This document shows, piece after piece, positions 61,595 to 64,000 of a DNA stretch of 64,000 bases. Origin of the DNA: Eledone cirrhosa (Eukaryota); NCBI GenBank assembly GCA_964016885.1, contig OZ024741.1:145576001-145640000 (forward strand), in the 5' to 3' direction. The notes beneath the pieces are model-generated. The model did not search any database and had not been told where the DNA came from. It saw only the letters and a list, made by a program, of their open reading frames with translations. Within the stretch, counting starts at the first letter, position 1. Each line of letters starts with the position of its first letter. The position numbers and the translations under genes were made by a program.

Positions 61595-62908
61595 GGATGC
61601 TGAAGGCATCTGGGTTGGTAGGTAAGTCACACCATAACCACGTGTATTGTTAACCAGGTAATACTAGAGGTTGTCATACCAAACGATTGGTGCAGCAGCA
61701 TCATTGTCAGCTGCTACAAGGATAAAGGTGATGCACTAGATAGAGGAAACTCTAGAGGTATAAAGCTGATGGACCAGATCATGAAAGTAACGGAAAGAGT
61801 TATAGCACAGTTGATTAGGGACCGGGTAACACTAGATGAGATGCAATTTGGGTTTGTATCAGGAAAAGGCACCGCTGATGCCCTCTTCCTTGTGAGGCAG
61901 TTACAGGAAAAGTACCAAGCTAAAAGTAAGCCGCTCTACCTGGCATTTGTTGATCTGAAAAAAGCCTTCAACAGAGTCCTCCGTGCTATAATCTGGTGGG
62001 CTCTTAGAAAATAGGAGTAGATGAATGGCTTGTGAAGGCCATTCATCAAGCCATGTATAGGGGAGCAGTCAGCAAAGTTAGGGTTAGAAATGACTATAGC
62101 GAGGAATTTAGCATACAGGTCGGTGTCCACCACTCTCATGTTCATTATAGTTTTGCAGGCAATAGGCATTTCCCTCAAAATGAAAGGCAGACTGTATGAT
62201 GCGTGCATACAAACAGCAATGTTACTGGTAGTGAGACCTGGGTACTGTCTGTAGAAGATTTGCGTAGATTAGAAAGAAACGAAGCTTGCATGCTCCGATG
62301 GATGTGTATTAGTAATATTCGCGAAAGGCAAAGCATAAATTGAGAGAGAGACTGAGCATAAGAGGAATCAAATGCTGTGTGCAGGAGAGGAGGTTGCATT
62401 GGTATGGACATGTGATGCATATGAAGGATGGCAGCTGCATAAAAAGATGCAGAGCACTAGAAGTCGATGGAAGCCATGGAGTGGGGAGACATAAGAAGAC
62501 CTGGGATGAGGTGATAAAAGCTGACCTTACCCAATTGCACCTGTCAAGGGTGATGACACACGATGATGACCTCTGGCGTCACGCAGTAATTCAGAAGACC
62601 TGACTTCCCACGGGTACAAGCCAAAGCTGAAGCATATAGACAAAGTGGCCATGGAGGTGCCACAGCAAAAAAGCACCCAGCCCACACTGTAAAGTGGTCG
62701 TGTAGGCGCCACAGAAAAAAAGTTCCCAGCACTCACTGTAAATGAAGTCGGTGTTAGGAAGGGCATCCAGCTGTAGAAATCCAGCCAGAATTCCCATATG
62801 AGCAAGACAAGATCAGCCGACTGGATACTGCCTACAACAGGACAAACCGTCTAACCCATGCTAGCATGGAAGAACAGACGTAAAACCGTTATGATGTTGA
62901 TGATGATG
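61595..62908 (+). pseudogene. RTE LINE with internal deletion
   Basis: QFGFVSGKG, KAFNRV, then a jump near 62165 to GRLYDAC, RRLHWYGH; 3' UTR and (GAT)n. Confidence 0.9.
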
Positions 62909-63162
62909 AAGGAGAAACTAAGCAGGCGTTGTTTAGAAACGGCTAGCAAATTTAAAAATTAGGTGGTAACATGTGCTTATGTTGTATTTGACTAAATAGA
63001 ATTAGTCTGTGAGTTGAGATTTTAAAAAACCCTCTGAATGGAAAAAAGAATGAGTACTGACTTACATGGGACACAAACCCACATCTTTGGTTTACCGGAC
63101 CAATGTGTTACCATTACACCAACACTTCACCCATTCTTCCTTCTATTCAATTAGAGGGTATG

Positions 63163-64000
<838 letters not shown>

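Noticed and set aside
63055-63135. tRNA-like sequence on the minus strand, and tRNA-like heads at 60088 and 63693
   Set aside because: A/B boxes without a complete cloverleaf; these are SINE heads, not tRNA genes.

Overview
AT-rich, microsatellite-dense eukaryotic DNA made almost entirely of transposon debris. The repeat repertoire resembles an octopus/coleoid cephalopod genome (inference). No intact host protein-coding gene is supported. It contains many RTE-clade LINE fragments (longest 55370-58335, with a PHD-like finger inside the RT), at least two classes of Penelope-like elements (PLEs, RT + GIY-YIG), two decayed mariner transposases, Helitrons (one with a RepHel N-terminal STPR-like remnant), a CRE/RLE-type LINE 3' end, a solo LTR with a 4-bp TSD, TTAA-flanked MITEs and two SINE families. 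The most notable signal is about a dozen type I minimal hammerhead ribozyme motifs from roughly 8 unrelated sequence families. Most sit in small, often palindromic elements in or beside (TA)n tracts, some are linked to PLE coding remnants, and many share a non-canonical U-U opposition at the base of stem II. A weak candidate spliced non-coding transcript starts at a CpG-rich E2F/CHR-like promoter near 22.9-23.0 kb. All structures were read by eye, and boundaries of decayed elements are approximate.
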